64,000 bases of DNA from Candidatus Moraniibacteriota bacterium (GTDB lineage Bacteria > Patescibacteriota > Minisyncoccia > Moranbacterales > GCA-2747515), in contig CP175956.1 in the NCBI GenBank assembly GCA_046116545.1, positions 160,276 through 224,275 of the forward strand, in the 5' to 3' direction. Of the stretch, positions 51,203 to 64,000 are shown one piece after another. A program made the translations under genes and the position numbers. The notes beneath the pieces are model-generated. The model saw only the letters and a list, made by a program, of their open reading frames with translations, made no database searches and was not told the DNA's origin. Within the stretch, counting starts at the first letter, position 1; each line of letters begins with the position of its first letter.

Positions 51203-52477
51203 TTATATTTGTTCGTAATCACGCATGACTAATTGTGCATCGATTTGCTTCACCATCTCAATAACAACTGAAACAATAATTAATATACTTGCTCCACCTA
51301 CAGTAAACATAGCTGAATTAGTTAAAAATCCTTGTACAATAATTGGCAATACAGCAATAAGTCCTAGAAATAATGAACCTGTTAATGTAATTCTATTAAC
51401 AATTTTACCTAAATAATCAGCAGTTTCTTTTCCTGGTCGCATACCTTCTACATACCCACCTTGTCTTTGTAAATTTTCTGCAATCTTTTCTGGATCAAAT
51501 ACCACTGCTGTATAAAAATATGTAAATGCAACTACAAGTGAGAAATATACTACTCCATAAATCCACTGATTTGCAAAAAGATTTGTAAGTGTAGTTCCAA
51601 ATGATACCAAAGTCTCATTACTCATTTGCATAAGAACACCTCCTACCATACTAGGGAAAAGCACTAAAGAAACAGCAAAGATAATCGGTATAACTCCAGC
51701 TTGATTGACTCTTAATGGTAAATGAGTTTTTACTCCACCATATTGACCTCCACCACGCATTCTCTTTGCATACGAAATAGGAATAATTCGCTTGCCTTCC
51801 GTTATAAATACAACACCTATAACTGTAGCAATCGCTACTGCAACAAATGCAATGTATGTAAATATTTGAGTTGAATCAAATACAGTTTTGAATTGCATAA
51901 TAGTAGTAGGCAAACTAGCCACGATACCTGCAAAAATCATAATGGAAATACCATTCCCAAGCTTTTTTTCTGTAATTAATTCTCCTAACCACATAAGGAA
52001 TATTGTACCTGCAACAGCTGTCATTACCATAATAACAAAATTATACGGTGGTAAATCGCCGATTACACCTTGTGATTTTAATAATGTTATCATTCCAACT
52101 GTTTGCAAGATTGCTAGTGGTACAGTAAGAATTCTCGTTATCATATTAAATTTTTGTCTTCCAGCCTCACCGTCTTCCTTATACATTTGTTCTACACTTG
52201 GAACAATCATTGTAAGTAATTGCATGATAATTGATGCTGTAATGTAAGGACCAACACCTAGTAATACAATTGAAATATTTGACAATCCACCACCAGAAAA
52301 CATATTTAGCATTCCTAATAATTGATTTGATTCAAATAACTCCTGCAATCTATCAACACTTACTCCAGGCAATGGAATATTTGCTGCAAATCGAAAAACA
52401 ACTAAAACGAATAAAATAAATAATATTTTATTACGCAAATCTTTTACTGCGAAAATATTTTTAAACTTACCGAGCAT
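51203..52477 (-). CDS. secY: Preprotein translocase subunit SecY
   Basis: LGVGPYITASII, WLGELITE.KLGNGIS, AGVIPIIFA, GMRPG. Confidence 0.98.
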   Translation of the reverse strand: MLGKFKNIFAVKDLRNKILFILFVLVVFRFAANIPLPGVSVDRLQELFESNQLLGMLNMFSGGGLSNISIVLLGVGPYITASIIMQLLTMIVPSVEQMYKEDGEAGRQKFNMITRILTVPLAILQTVGMITLLKSQGVIGDLPPYNFVIMVMTAVAGTIFLMWLGELITEKKLGNGISIMIFAGIVASLPTTIMQFKTVFDSTQIFTYIAFVAVAIATVIGVVFITEGKRIIPISYAKRMRGGGQYGGVKTHLPLRVNQAGVIPIIFAVSLVLFPSMVGGVLMQMSNETLVSFGTTLTNLFANQWIYGVVYFSLVVAFTYFYTAVVFDPEKIAENLQRQGGYVEGMRPGKETADYLGKIVNRITLTGSLFLGLIAVLPIIVQGFLTNSAMFTVGGASILIIVSVVIEMVKQIDAQLVMRDYEQI

Positions 52478-52568
52478 ATATTTTATTTCTACTAAACTAA
52501 ATTAAAATCAAACTTTCTACAACAATACAACATTTATCACTTTTTATCAAGATTGCTCTCGTAATGTT

Positions 52569-53189
52569 CTATATACCTTCCATGAAATCATCATAGATAT
52601 TTTGCAAAATTTCAACTGGAGGCTTACCATCCTTTGCCATCACATTCATCTTAATCTTAATTGATGCTGCCTTCACTTCATCTAATTCATCAAAACTACT
52701 ATTTCCACTCAATGTTTTTTGAAACATAAGCAATGATTCCTTTACATACATTATGAATTTCCTACAATCCTCACACTCAAAACAATCTTCAACTGCTTCA
52801 TACTTTTTCATTAATTCATTTGCGATTTCCTGTATTTTTGAAACATTATTATTAGTTGCCTTGAATTCTTCATAAATACTATTAAATATTTCTTCATCAA
52901 TTCCTGTTGTCTGAGACATGATGTATATTTCACCCTTGATCATTTCATCTTGAGTTCTTTCTACACTCCAGTTTTCTTTTTCAGATCTAGAAAATATGCG
53001 TTCAATAGAACTGAGATATTCTACAAATGCCTCTGTCGCATCATATTCCTCATATTTGCTCTTTAATTTTTCTGCTACAATATTGACTCGCTCCATTGCA
53101 TTTTGATTAGATGCAACTCTTTCATTATACACCTCATCAAAAGTCTTTTCTTTTCTCTCCATGTTATTTTCATCTGTTTTTTGTGTCAT
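52569..53189 (-). CDS. Hypothetical helical protein
   Basis: 206 aa ORF between gyrB and secY. Confidence 0.7.
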   Translation of the reverse strand: MTQKTDENNMERKEKTFDEVYNERVASNQNAMERVNIVAEKLKSKYEEYDATEAFVEYLSSIERIFSRSEKENWSVERTQDEMIKGEIYIMSQTTGIDEEIFNSIYEEFKATNNNVSKIQEIANELMKKYEAVEDCFECEDCRKFIMYVKESLLMFQKTLSGNSSFDELDEVKAASIKIKMNVMAKDGKPPVEILQNIYDDFMEGI

Positions 53190-53211
53190 ATTTTTATTCT
53201 ACTAATAAAAA

Positions 53212-55597
<2,386 letters not shown>

Positions 55598-55818
55598 AAA
55601 TTGTATTTTTTTTGTAATGTTCCTCTTTTATAATTATACTCTTTAACCCATATTTTGACAAGGATTTGATTGACTTCTTTATAGAATTACATGTATACTA
55701 TAAGTGAAAAGTCTTCAGAATAGATTGCTGAATAACCCACTTTTGTGGGATCATGAAACCCACCTGGATTTCAGGGAAAGAATTTATTTTTTCCGATATC
55801 TTTTTTAAAGGGATTCAT

Positions 55819-56028
55819 ATGCTCTCTTGCATTGAGGACTTTTCATTTACAAAAAATTACACAAATTCAAAAGGCAATCAACATTATATTGATTGCCTTT
55901 ATATATCTTGTTCCACGTCTCACGGACGTTTACTTTATTTATCAGTCGCCACCATTACCACTATTCAAAAGAATGAACTCTTTTTTCAACATAATTACAT
56001 CCTCCTTATTGTAGAATCGTTACAATGA
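55819..56028 (+). CDS. Hypothetical protein (orphan, ~69 aa)
   Basis: AAAGGG before ATG 55819; promoter-like TTGACT..TATACT at 55670-55699. Confidence 0.4.
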   Translation: MLSCIEDFSFTKNYTNSKGNQHYIDCLYISCSTSHGRLLYLSVATITTIQKNELFFQHNYILLIVESLQ

Positions 56029-56116
56029 AACAGTCAAATATACAATATACCGACTGCGTTAATTACACATATGATACAACATTAATTTAAATAACGCAAC
56101 TCAAACAACAATAAGT

Positions 56117-56398
56117 CCTCACACATCTAAGCAAAACACACAACTAGTCTTTGCGAACAGAAGTGATGATTGCTGTGTTATGTGAAAGCAATCTCAAAAG
56201 TTTATAAATAATCTGACAGAGGTTGCTTCGTCGTGCCTCCTCCACCCAGGTGGTCCCTCTACTACGCTTTAAATTTAGAATAGTCGCTATACAGCTCCTT
56301 TCTTCATTTATCTTGAACAGAGTTCAATTTATTATGCCCTTGTGGTACACCTTGACGCAATGACACACTTTTATGGAGGCTTGTTTGAGGGTGTGAGG
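56117..56398. repeat. Nested palindromic element: GTCATTGCGA-type REP interrupted by a ~114 bp insert, inside an outer inverted repeat
   Basis: gtctttgcga..gaaagcaatctc..gaggttgcttcgtcgtgcctcctc[insert]gcaatgac; outer cctcacacatctaagcaa / ttgtttgagggtgtgagg. Confidence 0.55.
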
Positions 56399-56411
56399 AA
56401 TTACAAACAAC

Positions 56412-56439
56412 AAAAAGATGACTTGTAAAGTCATCTTTT
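56412..56439 (-). terminator. dnaJ terminator
   Basis: aaaagatgactt-gta-aagtcatctttt. Confidence 0.75.
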
Positions 56440-56444
56440 AATAT

Positions 56445-57521
56445 TTATAAATGTTTCAATTGTTCAATTATTTTCTTTTCTGTGCGAGAAAGCTTTGTTG
56501 GCACATCTACAATAATTTCAACTAAATGATCGCCTCTGCCAATTCCTCGTAACTTTGGGATTCCTTTACCTCTTATTTTATAAATTTCACCTGATTGAGT
56601 TCCTGCTGGTACTTTCATTTTCACATCTCCATCAACTGTTTCAATATTTATTTTATCTCCTAGTGATGCTTGAGCAAAATTAATGTGAGTAGTTGTGCGT
56701 ATATTATAACCATCTCGTACAAATCTATTATCATGTCTTACATGCACAGTGATTATAAGATCTCCTGCAGGTGCCCCATTAGCTCCAACCTCACCTCTTC
56801 CTCCGATAGCAATTGATTGCCCATCATTTATCCCAGCTGGTATATCTACACTTTCCTTTACTTCTTCACGATAATGTCCAACACCCTTACACTTAGAACA
56901 TTTTTTATCATAAGTCTTACCTTTTCCCATACAATCATCACAAACAGCTTGTTGTGCTATAGTTCCCAAGATTGTTTGCATTGTTTTTTGGACTTGTCCA
57001 CTTCCACTACATGTTTTACAAGTTTCTTCTTTTGCACCAGGTTCACCACCATTTCCATCACAATGACTACAACTAACTGCTTTATATACAGAAATTTCTT
57101 TTATTGCGCCTTTTATTACTTCTGAAAAATCTATTTCAATATCTACCTGAACATCACGACCTCTTCCTTCACCCTGACCTCCACCAAACATATCACTGAA
57201 CATATCACCCATTCCGCCTCCACCAAAATTAAATTCAAAACCTTGCCCACCGCCAGATTGTTGAAAATCAGAAAAATCAAAACCACCTCCAGCTCCACTG
57301 GGTCCACCACCTTCAAAAGTTTGACCAAATTGATCATACTGTGATCTCTTATTTTTATCAGAAAGTGTTTGATAAGCTTCATTAGCTTCTTTGAATTTTG
57401 CCTCATCACCACCAGCCTTATCTGGATGATGTTTATGAGCCATTTTACGATATGCTTTTTTTATATCAGCATCAGATGCATCCTTTGACACACCAAGTAT
57501 TTCATAAAAATCTTTTGACAT
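56445..57521 (-). CDS. dnaJ: Chaperone DnaJ
   Basis: J-domain HPD, G/F region, four CxxCxGxG repeats. Confidence 0.98.
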   Translation of the reverse strand: MSKDFYEILGVSKDASDADIKKAYRKMAHKHHPDKAGGDEAKFKEANEAYQTLSDKNKRSQYDQFGQTFEGGGPSGAGGGFDFSDFQQSGGGQGFEFNFGGGGMGDMFSDMFGGGQGEGRGRDVQVDIEIDFSEVIKGAIKEISVYKAVSCSHCDGNGGEPGAKEETCKTCSGSGQVQKTMQTILGTIAQQAVCDDCMGKGKTYDKKCSKCKGVGHYREEVKESVDIPAGINDGQSIAIGGRGEVGANGAPAGDLIITVHVRHDNRFVRDGYNIRTTTHINFAQASLGDKINIETVDGDVKMKVPAGTQSGEIYKIRGKGIPKLRGIGRGDHLVEIIVDVPTKLSRTEKKIIEQLKHL

Positions 57522-57572
57522 ATTTTTTATAACTTTAATTAGTAATACTCATATTATCATAGAAAATAAAAA

Positions 57573-57599
57573 TTAGCAATCTACTCCTTAGAGTGCTAA
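57573..57599. promoter_or_regulatory. CIRCE element (HrcA operator) upstream of dnaJ
   Basis: TTAGCAATC-N9-GAGTGCTAA, one mismatch to consensus TTAGCACTC-N9-GAGTGCTAA. Confidence 0.9.
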
Positions 57600-57622
57600 T
57601 TTAATATTTAATATTCCTTATA

Positions 57623-58765
57623 CTACCTCAATACAATGTTTTTATTTACAATTTCATTTCGTACATTAACACTATCTTTAATTTCTTTTTTATCTCCTCC
57701 AACTGGTTGACCGACTACTTTCATATTATAACTTCCATTATCTACAAGCATATAATACCTACCTATTACATCAGTTACCGCAAAAGCTTTTTTTATATGA
57801 TTTTCATCATACAAATTAACAACGGCAAAAGGCACTGGACTTCTACCTTTAGTTTCCACAGTTCCATAGCTTTTTTTCTTTATAAAAAATATAATTATAA
57901 AAAATATTATATTTATTCCAAGTAATATGATATTAAATATTGATGGATAGAAATATGTAATTAATCCAGTTATAATAAATCCTATGAAATATAGTGTTGT
58001 AAATAAGTATTTTTTCACTAATGACCAAGTACCTGAATATTGCTTATTTTTCTCACTAGCATATTCGCTCCAATTTATAGTTATTGATTCCAATGCTATA
58101 TTCACACTTAAGACATCATCACCTCCCACAACAAGATCTTTACCTATATATAATTTTCCATATAAATCATCATTTACTGATTCAGTGAATGTTTGATAAT
58201 CCTTTTTTTCTATACCTAACTTATAGACACCTTCTTTTGCCAAGAAACCAAATCTTCCATCTTTATCTGAATAAGTGGTTTCAAGCTCTTTCATATCAGA
58301 ATCAAATAAAGTAATTTTTACAGCAGGTATTGGAGCTTTTGTTTCAATATCGAAAGTTATACCCCATCTATTTTTATTTTTACGCTTAACTAAAAAACCA
58401 AACATATTCAAAAACATCACATCTTGAACCATTGTTGGAGTTGTCGCAAAAAACGGAATTGCAGTTGAAGCTACTACAAGAGTGGCTCCAGAAACAGTAC
58501 CTACTATACCCGCTAACATAATTTTAGTCCTATTCTCAGTTATTGTGTCAGTAACAGTTGTATCTATTGTTTCTGTTTCAGTTATGATATCTCTCTCTTT
58601 TTCTTCAATTTCCCTAGTCCCCGCTGAAACAACTTCAACCATTTCAGGTCTAAGTCCATCATCTCCAGTATTTGGAATATTTTCTATAATATAATGTTGT
58701 GCAAATACAAAACAAGGAATAGTTAAAAATGTAAATAATATTAAGATTAGACTTTTTTTATTCAT
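57623..58765 (-). CDS. Membrane protein with two carboxypeptidase-regulatory-like (beta-sandwich) domains
   Basis: Signal peptide, P+P.V.+.L..T.SD..GRF...G.Y.+ pattern twice, TM segments. Confidence 0.7.
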   Translation of the reverse strand: MNKKSLILILFTFLTIPCFVFAQHYIIENIPNTGDDGLRPEMVEVVSAGTREIEEKERDIITETETIDTTVTDTITENRTKIMLAGIVGTVSGATLVVASTAIPFFATTPTMVQDVMFLNMFGFLVKRKNKNRWGITFDIETKAPIPAVKITLFDSDMKELETTYSDKDGRFGFLAKEGVYKLGIEKKDYQTFTESVNDDLYGKLYIGKDLVVGGDDVLSVNIALESITINWSEYASEKNKQYSGTWSLVKKYLFTTLYFIGFIITGLITYFYPSIFNIILLGINIIFFIIIFFIKKKSYGTVETKGRSPVPFAVVNLYDENHIKKAFAVTDVIGRYYMLVDNGSYNMKVVGQPVGGDKKEIKDSVNVRNEIVNKNIVLR

Positions 58766-58944
58766 AGATTTTTGAAAAATTATAATTATTCACTGCTTTA
58801 TCATTTTGGAAAATACTATTTATAGCGAAGTATTTAGTGATGTTCTATGGATAAATTTGTCCAAAATATATTCAAAAAATTAGACAAAGATTTTATATTA
58901 CACAAAAATTCTCACCTACTTCATTTATCATAATACCACAAAAC

Positions 58945-61900
58945 CTATCTCATCTTTATATCGCCTTTTAATTTTATATCTCCTTTCAATTTCACTTGTC
59001 GAGGATCTGATATTGTAGTTACTGTTGTAGTAAAATTTGTTTCATTCCCATATCCTGTTCCTCCACTATTTATTGCTTTTGCTCTTATGAAATATGTTGT
59101 ATTTGGAGATAGTCCTACTAGTACACATGAATAAGTTCCTTCTGAATCAATTCCTGCACTACATTCGTTTGTATATGTTCCACTTATAATTCCCCATTCC
59201 ATAAATCTTTGTGGATTTTCAGATCCATCATCTATCACATTTCCATTTCCTGTTGCTGTTGTTGAATTTATGGATGTTGTATTTTGTGTTGATATAGTTG
59301 GTGCACTCAGCGGACAGTCAAGTCCTGCATCATTTATTGTCCAGCTATATGTTGATATGATATTTGATCGCTCTGTTGCACTATTACAATAATTTGCTGA
59401 TGAATCTAGTTGCACATTATTTTGAAGTGTTTGTGATTCCCATCCTATTAGTGTGGCATCATAGATTGTTGTTGAGAGTCCTGAATTTACAAACATCCCA
59501 AGCATATCAGTAACACTTCCTATTTGCCATGAGCCCATATTTTGATTAAATGCGGATGCACCATAAAACACATATGACATATTTGTAACAGATGATGTAT
59601 CCCATGAACTTAGATTTTGATTAAATGCATCTGTAAAAGAAAATAATTCAGACATATTTATCACACTACCTACATCCCAAGAGCTTATGTCTTGATTAAA
59701 TACGTCTGCATTAGTAAACATCCTATTCATATTTGTTACACTATTTACATCCCAAGAACCTATATTTTGATCAAATGCTCCTGCATTAGAAAACATCTCA
59801 TACATGCTTGTAACATTGCTTATATCCCAAGAACTTATATCTTGATTGAACATATTAGTACCTGTAAATAGTCTATCCATATTTATTACATTACTCGTGT
59901 TCCAAGAGCTTATGTCTTGATTAAATGAATTTGCACCATAAAACATTCCTGATATATCTGTAACATTACTTATATCCCAAGAGCTTATGTCTTGGTTGAA
60001 TGTATTAGTAATTGCAAACATGTGTGACATGTTTATTACTGATGAAGTATCCCATAAACTTATATCTCCATTAAATGCTGGTGTATAGTAAAACATATAT
60101 GACATATTTGTAACAGAGGATGTATTCCAAGAACTTAAATTACCGTTAAACGAAAATGCTTCTCTAAAAGCTTCCCACAATGACGTCACCGAAGATAGAT
60201 CAGGAGTATCTGTAAAAGTACCTATCATATTAATACATCCTAAAAAAGACCTTTCCATCGAAGTCCAAATTCCTATTCCCCATTGATTGATATCTAAAAG
60301 CTTTTCTCTATCTCCTGTGTTATTGAAGTAAATTCTAGGAAATCCAGTTTTTAATCCTGTATTATCTTTTATTCTTATAGTATAAGTTCCTGCAGCTCCA
60401 TAGTTACATGTATAATTTCCTGTTTGAGCTGTTGCGTCATCTGAACCATCATTATCACAATCTATATTATAGTTATAGCCGCCTCCTGTTGTTGGTATAG
60501 TAAATTGTGTATCTGATGAGCTTCCTGTGTTATCTGTTTTTACTGTTATTACAAAATCATTTTCTGGTGGTGTTGAACAATCCAACCCGGCATCGTTTAT
60601 CGTCCAACTATATGTTGATATAATATTAGCTCTTTCTGTTGCACTATTACAATAATTTGCTGATGAACCTAGAGTTACTCCATTTTGTAATACTTGTGAT
60701 TCCCAACCTATTAATGTTGCATCATAATTTGCTGTTGATAAATTTGTCGACAAAAATATATTTGTCATATTTGTTACATTGGCAACATTCCAGGTACTTA
60801 AATCTTGATTAAATGATGTTGAACGAAATACATTACTCATATCCATCACAGATGAAGTATCCCAAGAACTAACATTTCCATCAAATGCAGATACAACAAA
60901 CATGCTATTCATATCTGTTATAGATGAGGTATTCCAAAGACTTAGATTTTGATTAAAATTAGGTGCATTATAAAACATATACCTTGTACTCGTTACACTT
61001 GATGTGTCCCAAGAACTTATATCTCGATTAAATACAGATGTTCCATAAAACATACCACTCATATTTGTTACATTTGATGTGTCCCATGAGTTTACATCCC
61101 CATTAAATACTATTGCATTCCAAAACATAGAATTCATATCCGTTACTAACGACGTATTCCAGGAATCTAAGTCTTGATTAAATACAGAGTTATCAAAAAA
61201 CATATAACTCATATTAGTTACATTTGATGTATCCCATAAACCTATATCTTGATTAAAGATGGATGACATACCCGAAAACATCTGACTCATATTGGTTACA
61301 TTTGATGTGTCCCATGAAGTTATATCTTGATTAAATGAACTAGCATGTCTAAACATAGCCCTCATATCTGTTACTGCTGATATATCCAATGTACTTATAT
61401 CTTGATTAAATAAATCTGTATAGCTAAACATGGAGCTCATATCAGTTACTGCTGCAGTATTCCACGCAATTATATTATAATTAAATGCGTCTGCACCATA
61501 AAACATACTTGCCATATTTGTTACATTTGATGTGTCCCATGAAGTTATATCTTGATTAAATGCGATTGTGTCTGCAAACATGACGGACATATTTGTAACT
61601 GCAGATGTGTCCCAAGAACTTATATCTTGATTGAAAACTGGAGCATATCTAAACATATTATTCATATTGGTTACATTTGATGTGTCCCATGAAGTTATAT
61701 CTTGATTAAATGAAGTAGCTTCATAAAACATGTAACTCATATTTGTTATTGAAGACATATCCCAGTTATTTATATCCTGATTGAAAGAGTCTGTACCTCT
61801 AAACATTTGTGATAAATCCGTCACATTCGAAAGATTAGGTATATCTATAAAATTACCAACCATGTTGTTACACCCTGTAAAAGCTCTAAACATTGATATC

Positions 61901-63669
61901 CAAATTCCTGTTCCCCATTGATCTATTGATAAAAGTTTTTCTTTATCTCCTGCATCACTAAAATAAATCCTAGGAAATCCAGTACTAGCTCCTGAGTTAT
62001 CTTTTATTCTTACAGTATAAGTTCCTGCACTTCCGTAATTACATGTATAGTTCCCGGTTTGTCCTGTTGCCTCATCGCTTCCATCATTATCACAATCCAC
62101 ATTGTAATCATAGCCTACTCCAAATGTTGGTATTGTAAATTGTGTATCTGATGAGCTTCCTGTGTTATCTGTTTTTACTGTTATTACAAAATCATCTGTA
62201 GCTAGTGCTGGCATTACACATTGTTGATCTACTATTCCTCCGCTACTTATACTTCCACCGATTGAAATTGTTCCACCGCTGCCTAAACTTCCACCGTTTG
62301 AAATTGTTCCACCGTTTGAAATTGTTCCACCGCTGCCTAACTGAGGATTTGCACAACCTGTTGCAAAAGTTCCATCTGATTGAAGTTTTACTATATACAT
62401 ATCAAAACCACCTACGCCACCAGCATTTGTATATCCTGCAATTACATACCCCCCATCTAAAGTTTGAACTGCTGAATATGCTACTTCAGCATCAGCTCCA
62501 CCAATAGTCCTTGTTCCTCCTGAGCCAAATGTTGCATCTAATGCTCCTGTGCTTGTAAGTTTTGTTATATACATATCATAACTACCTGCACCAAAAGAAG
62601 TTGTATATCCTGCGATTACATATCCTCCATCTGAAGATTGAACTACCGAGTATGCATACTCGGTACCAGTGCCACCAATAGTTCTTGTTCCACCTGAACC
62701 AAATGTTGCATCTAATGCTCCTGTGCTTGTAAGTTTTGTTATATACATATCATAACCACCTGCACCAAAAGAATCTGTGATTCCTGCAATTACATATCCT
62801 CCATCTGAAGTTTGTATTATAGAAATTCCTGAATCAAAACCAGTGCCACCAATAGTTCTTGTTCCACCTGAACCAAATGTTGCATCTAATGCTCCTGTGC
62901 TTGTAAGTTTTGTTATATACATATCATAACCACCTGCACCAAAAGAACTTGTATATCCTACAATCATATACCCGCCATCTGAAACTTGTATTACAGAACT
63001 TGCTGAATCAGAACCTGTGCCACCAATAGTTCTTGTTCCTCCTGAGCCAAATGTTGTATCTAATGCTCCCGTACTTGTAAGTTTTGTTATATACATATCA
63101 TAACCACCTGCACCAAAAGAACTTGTATATCCTACAATCATATACCCGCCATCTGAAACTTGTATCACAGAACTTGCTAAATCAGAACCTGTCCCACCAA
63201 TAGTTTTTGTTCCTCCTGAGCCAAATGTTGTATCCAATGCTCCCGTGCTTGTAAGTTTTGCTATATACATATTACCGATACCATCACCAAAAGAACTTGT
63301 AAATCCTGCAATTATATACCCTCCATCTGAAGTTTGAGCTGCTGAATATGCATATTCAGCATCAGCTCCACCAATAGTTCTTGTTCCTCCTGAGCCAAAT
63401 GTTGTATCCAATGCTCCCGTGCTTGTGAGTTTTGTTATATACATATCATAACCACCTGCACCAAAAGAGTCTGTTCTTCCTACAACTACATGCCCACCAT
63501 CTGAAGATTCTATTACAAAAGATGCTAATTCAGCATCGGCTCCACCAATAGTCTGTGCAATAAACTCACCTGCCGCAGATACTTTTTGTGTTATAAAAAA
63601 GCTTAAAAATATCATCACCAAAAAAGATGCCGTTTTTTTATATAAATGCTTTTTGAAAAGATTATTCAT
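58945..63669 (-). CDS. Large surface protein: delta-60-like beta-propeller repeats, two DUF285/BspA-like repeat modules, FN3-like C-terminus
   Basis: Signal peptide; repeated [11 protein letters not shown]; many [19 protein letters not shown] units; [15 protein letters not shown]. Confidence 0.88.
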   Translation of the reverse strand: MNNLFKKHLYKKTASFLVMIFLSFFITQKVSAAGEFIAQTIGGADAELASFVIESSDGGHVVVGRTDSFGAGGYDMYITKLTSTGALDTTFGSGGTRTIGGADAEYAYSAAQTSDGGYIIAGFTSSFGDGIGNMYIAKLTSTGALDTTFGSGGTKTIGGTGSDLASSVIQVSDGGYMIVGYTSSFGAGGYDMYITKLTSTGALDTTFGSGGTRTIGGTGSDSASSVIQVSDGGYMIVGYTSSFGAGGYDMYITKLTSTGALDATFGSGGTRTIGGTGFDSGISIIQTSDGGYVIAGITDSFGAGGYDMYITKLTSTGALDATFGSGGTRTIGGTGTEYAYSVVQSSDGGYVIAGYTTSFGAGSYDMYITKLTSTGALDATFGSGGTRTIGGADAEVAYSAVQTLDGGYVIAGYTNAGGVGGFDMYIVKLQSDGTFATGCANPQLGSGGTISNGGTISNGGSLGSGGTISIGGSISSGGIVDQQCVMPALATDDFVITVKTDNTGSSSDTQFTIPTFGVGYDYNVDCDNDGSDEATGQTGNYTCNYGSAGTYTVRIKDNSGASTGFPRIYFSDAGDKEKLLSIDQWGTGIWISMFRAFTGCNNMVGNFIDIPNLSNVTDLSQMFRGTDSFNQDINNWDMSSITNMSYMFYEATSFNQDITSWDTSNVTNMNNMFRYAPVFNQDISSWDTSAVTNMSVMFADTIAFNQDITSWDTSNVTNMASMFYGADAFNYNIIAWNTAAVTDMSSMFSYTDLFNQDISTLDISAVTDMRAMFRHASSFNQDITSWDTSNVTNMSQMFSGMSSIFNQDIGLWDTSNVTNMSYMFFDNSVFNQDLDSWNTSLVTDMNSMFWNAIVFNGDVNSWDTSNVTNMSGMFYGTSVFNRDISSWDTSSVTSTRYMFYNAPNFNQNLSLWNTSSITDMNSMFVVSAFDGNVSSWDTSSVMDMSNVFRSTSFNQDLSTWNVANVTNMTNIFLSTNLSTANYDATLIGWESQVLQNGVTLGSSANYCNSATERANIISTYSWTINDAGLDCSTPPENDFVITVKTDNTGSSSDTQFTIPTTGGGYNYNIDCDNDGSDDATAQTGNYTCNYGAAGTYTIRIKDNTGLKTGFPRIYFNNTGDREKLLDINQWGIGIWTSMERSFLGCINMIGTFTDTPDLSSVTSLWEAFREAFSFNGNLSSWNTSSVTNMSYMFYYTPAFNGDISLWDTSSVINMSHMFAITNTFNQDISSWDISNVTDISGMFYGANSFNQDISSWNTSNVINMDRLFTGTNMFNQDISSWDISNVTSMYEMFSNAGAFDQNIGSWDVNSVTNMNRMFTNADVFNQDISSWDVGSVINMSELFSFTDAFNQNLSSWDTSSVTNMSYVFYGASAFNQNMGSWQIGSVTDMLGMFVNSGLSTTIYDATLIGWESQTLQNNVQLDSSANYCNSATERSNIISTYSWTINDAGLDCPLSAPTISTQNTTSINSTTATGNGNVIDDGSENPQRFMEWGIISGTYTNECSAGIDSEGTYSCVLVGLSPNTTYFIRAKAINSGGTGYGNETNFTTTVTTISDPRQVKLKGDIKLKGDIKMR
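62380..63555 (-). repeat. Near-identical ~177-bp intragenic tandem repeats (propeller blades)
   Basis: Recurrent gttttgttatatacatatcataaccacctgcaccaaaaga at about 177-bp spacing. Confidence 0.85.
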
Positions 63670-63802
63670 TGTTTATTACTTATACAATAACAGGTTAGTA
63701 ATCCTATTTTCACACTTAATAAACATGTGCAAAAAATTCGACATACCGACTATATAAATTATTTATTCTTTGTTTTTATAAAATTTAACTTTGAATCATT
63801 TT

Positions 63803-64000
63803 TTAATTATCTTCCTCATTTTTTACAATATTGTCCTCCACAATAAACCAATCAAATTTCAATGGTTCTGTTACTGGCTCTGCTACTGTTACATGAAATC
63901 CACTATTTTCATCAATCTTTGATACTGACATTGTTTGAATTACTACACTGCCTTTTGGAGTTACAAATATTCTACTATTTTCTTGCACTGCTTCAGTTGA
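63803..64000 (-). CDS. C-terminal fragment of a protein extending beyond the window
   Basis: Open frame to the window end; IFVTP...FDWFIVE C-terminal beta domain. Confidence 0.65.
   Translation of the reverse strand, partial: STEAVQENSRIFVTPKGSVVIQTMSVSKIDENSGFHVTVAEPVTEPLKFDWFIVEDNIVKNEEDN

Noticed and set aside
55700-55810. Hairpin-containing leader (cccac-tttt-gtggg) and a 34-codon GTG uORF; considered as a SAM or c-di-AMP riboswitch
   Set aside because: The core consensus elements are not matched, the uORF start overlaps the presumed TSS, and there is no codon run.
56100-56400. Considered as tmRNA, RNase P, SRP or 6S RNA
   Set aside because: No tRNA-like ends, no GAGGAAAGUCC and no SRP loop motif were found.

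Overview
AT-rich bacterial chromosome segment, most consistent with a Patescibacteria/CPR (Parcubacteria-like) organism. The inference rests on the lack of rpmD between rpsE and rplO, the split ComEC, the long ThyX-like protein and mostly SD-less core genes. It carries the S10-spc ribosomal protein cluster with tuf (1-10.6 kb), many housekeeping genes (ndk, nrdR, rarA, rel, parAB, folD, uppP, glmS, miaB, dnaX, thyX-like, tmk, a stand-alone secY, gyrB, and dnaJ with a CIRCE), tRNA-Leu(CAA), tRNA-Gln(TTG), a tyrA-pheA-ilvE cluster, large secreted/surface proteins and scattered orphan genes. Main discovery: at 45.77-46.87 kb (minus strand) there are two paralogous, unannotated ribosome-mediated attenuators. 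Each has a TTGACA-N16-TATAAT promoter, a 32-codon leader ORF and a shared 91-bp antiterminator/terminator platform (89/91 identical). Their sensor codon blocks differ: YWYFWFIGFF (aromatic) in one and ILEMILLLVLLI (branched-chain) in the other. Both sit directly upstream of small orphan ORFs rather than biosynthetic genes; the aromatic one may read on into tyrA-pheA-ilvE. All product calls come from recognising motifs by eye; no database searches were run.
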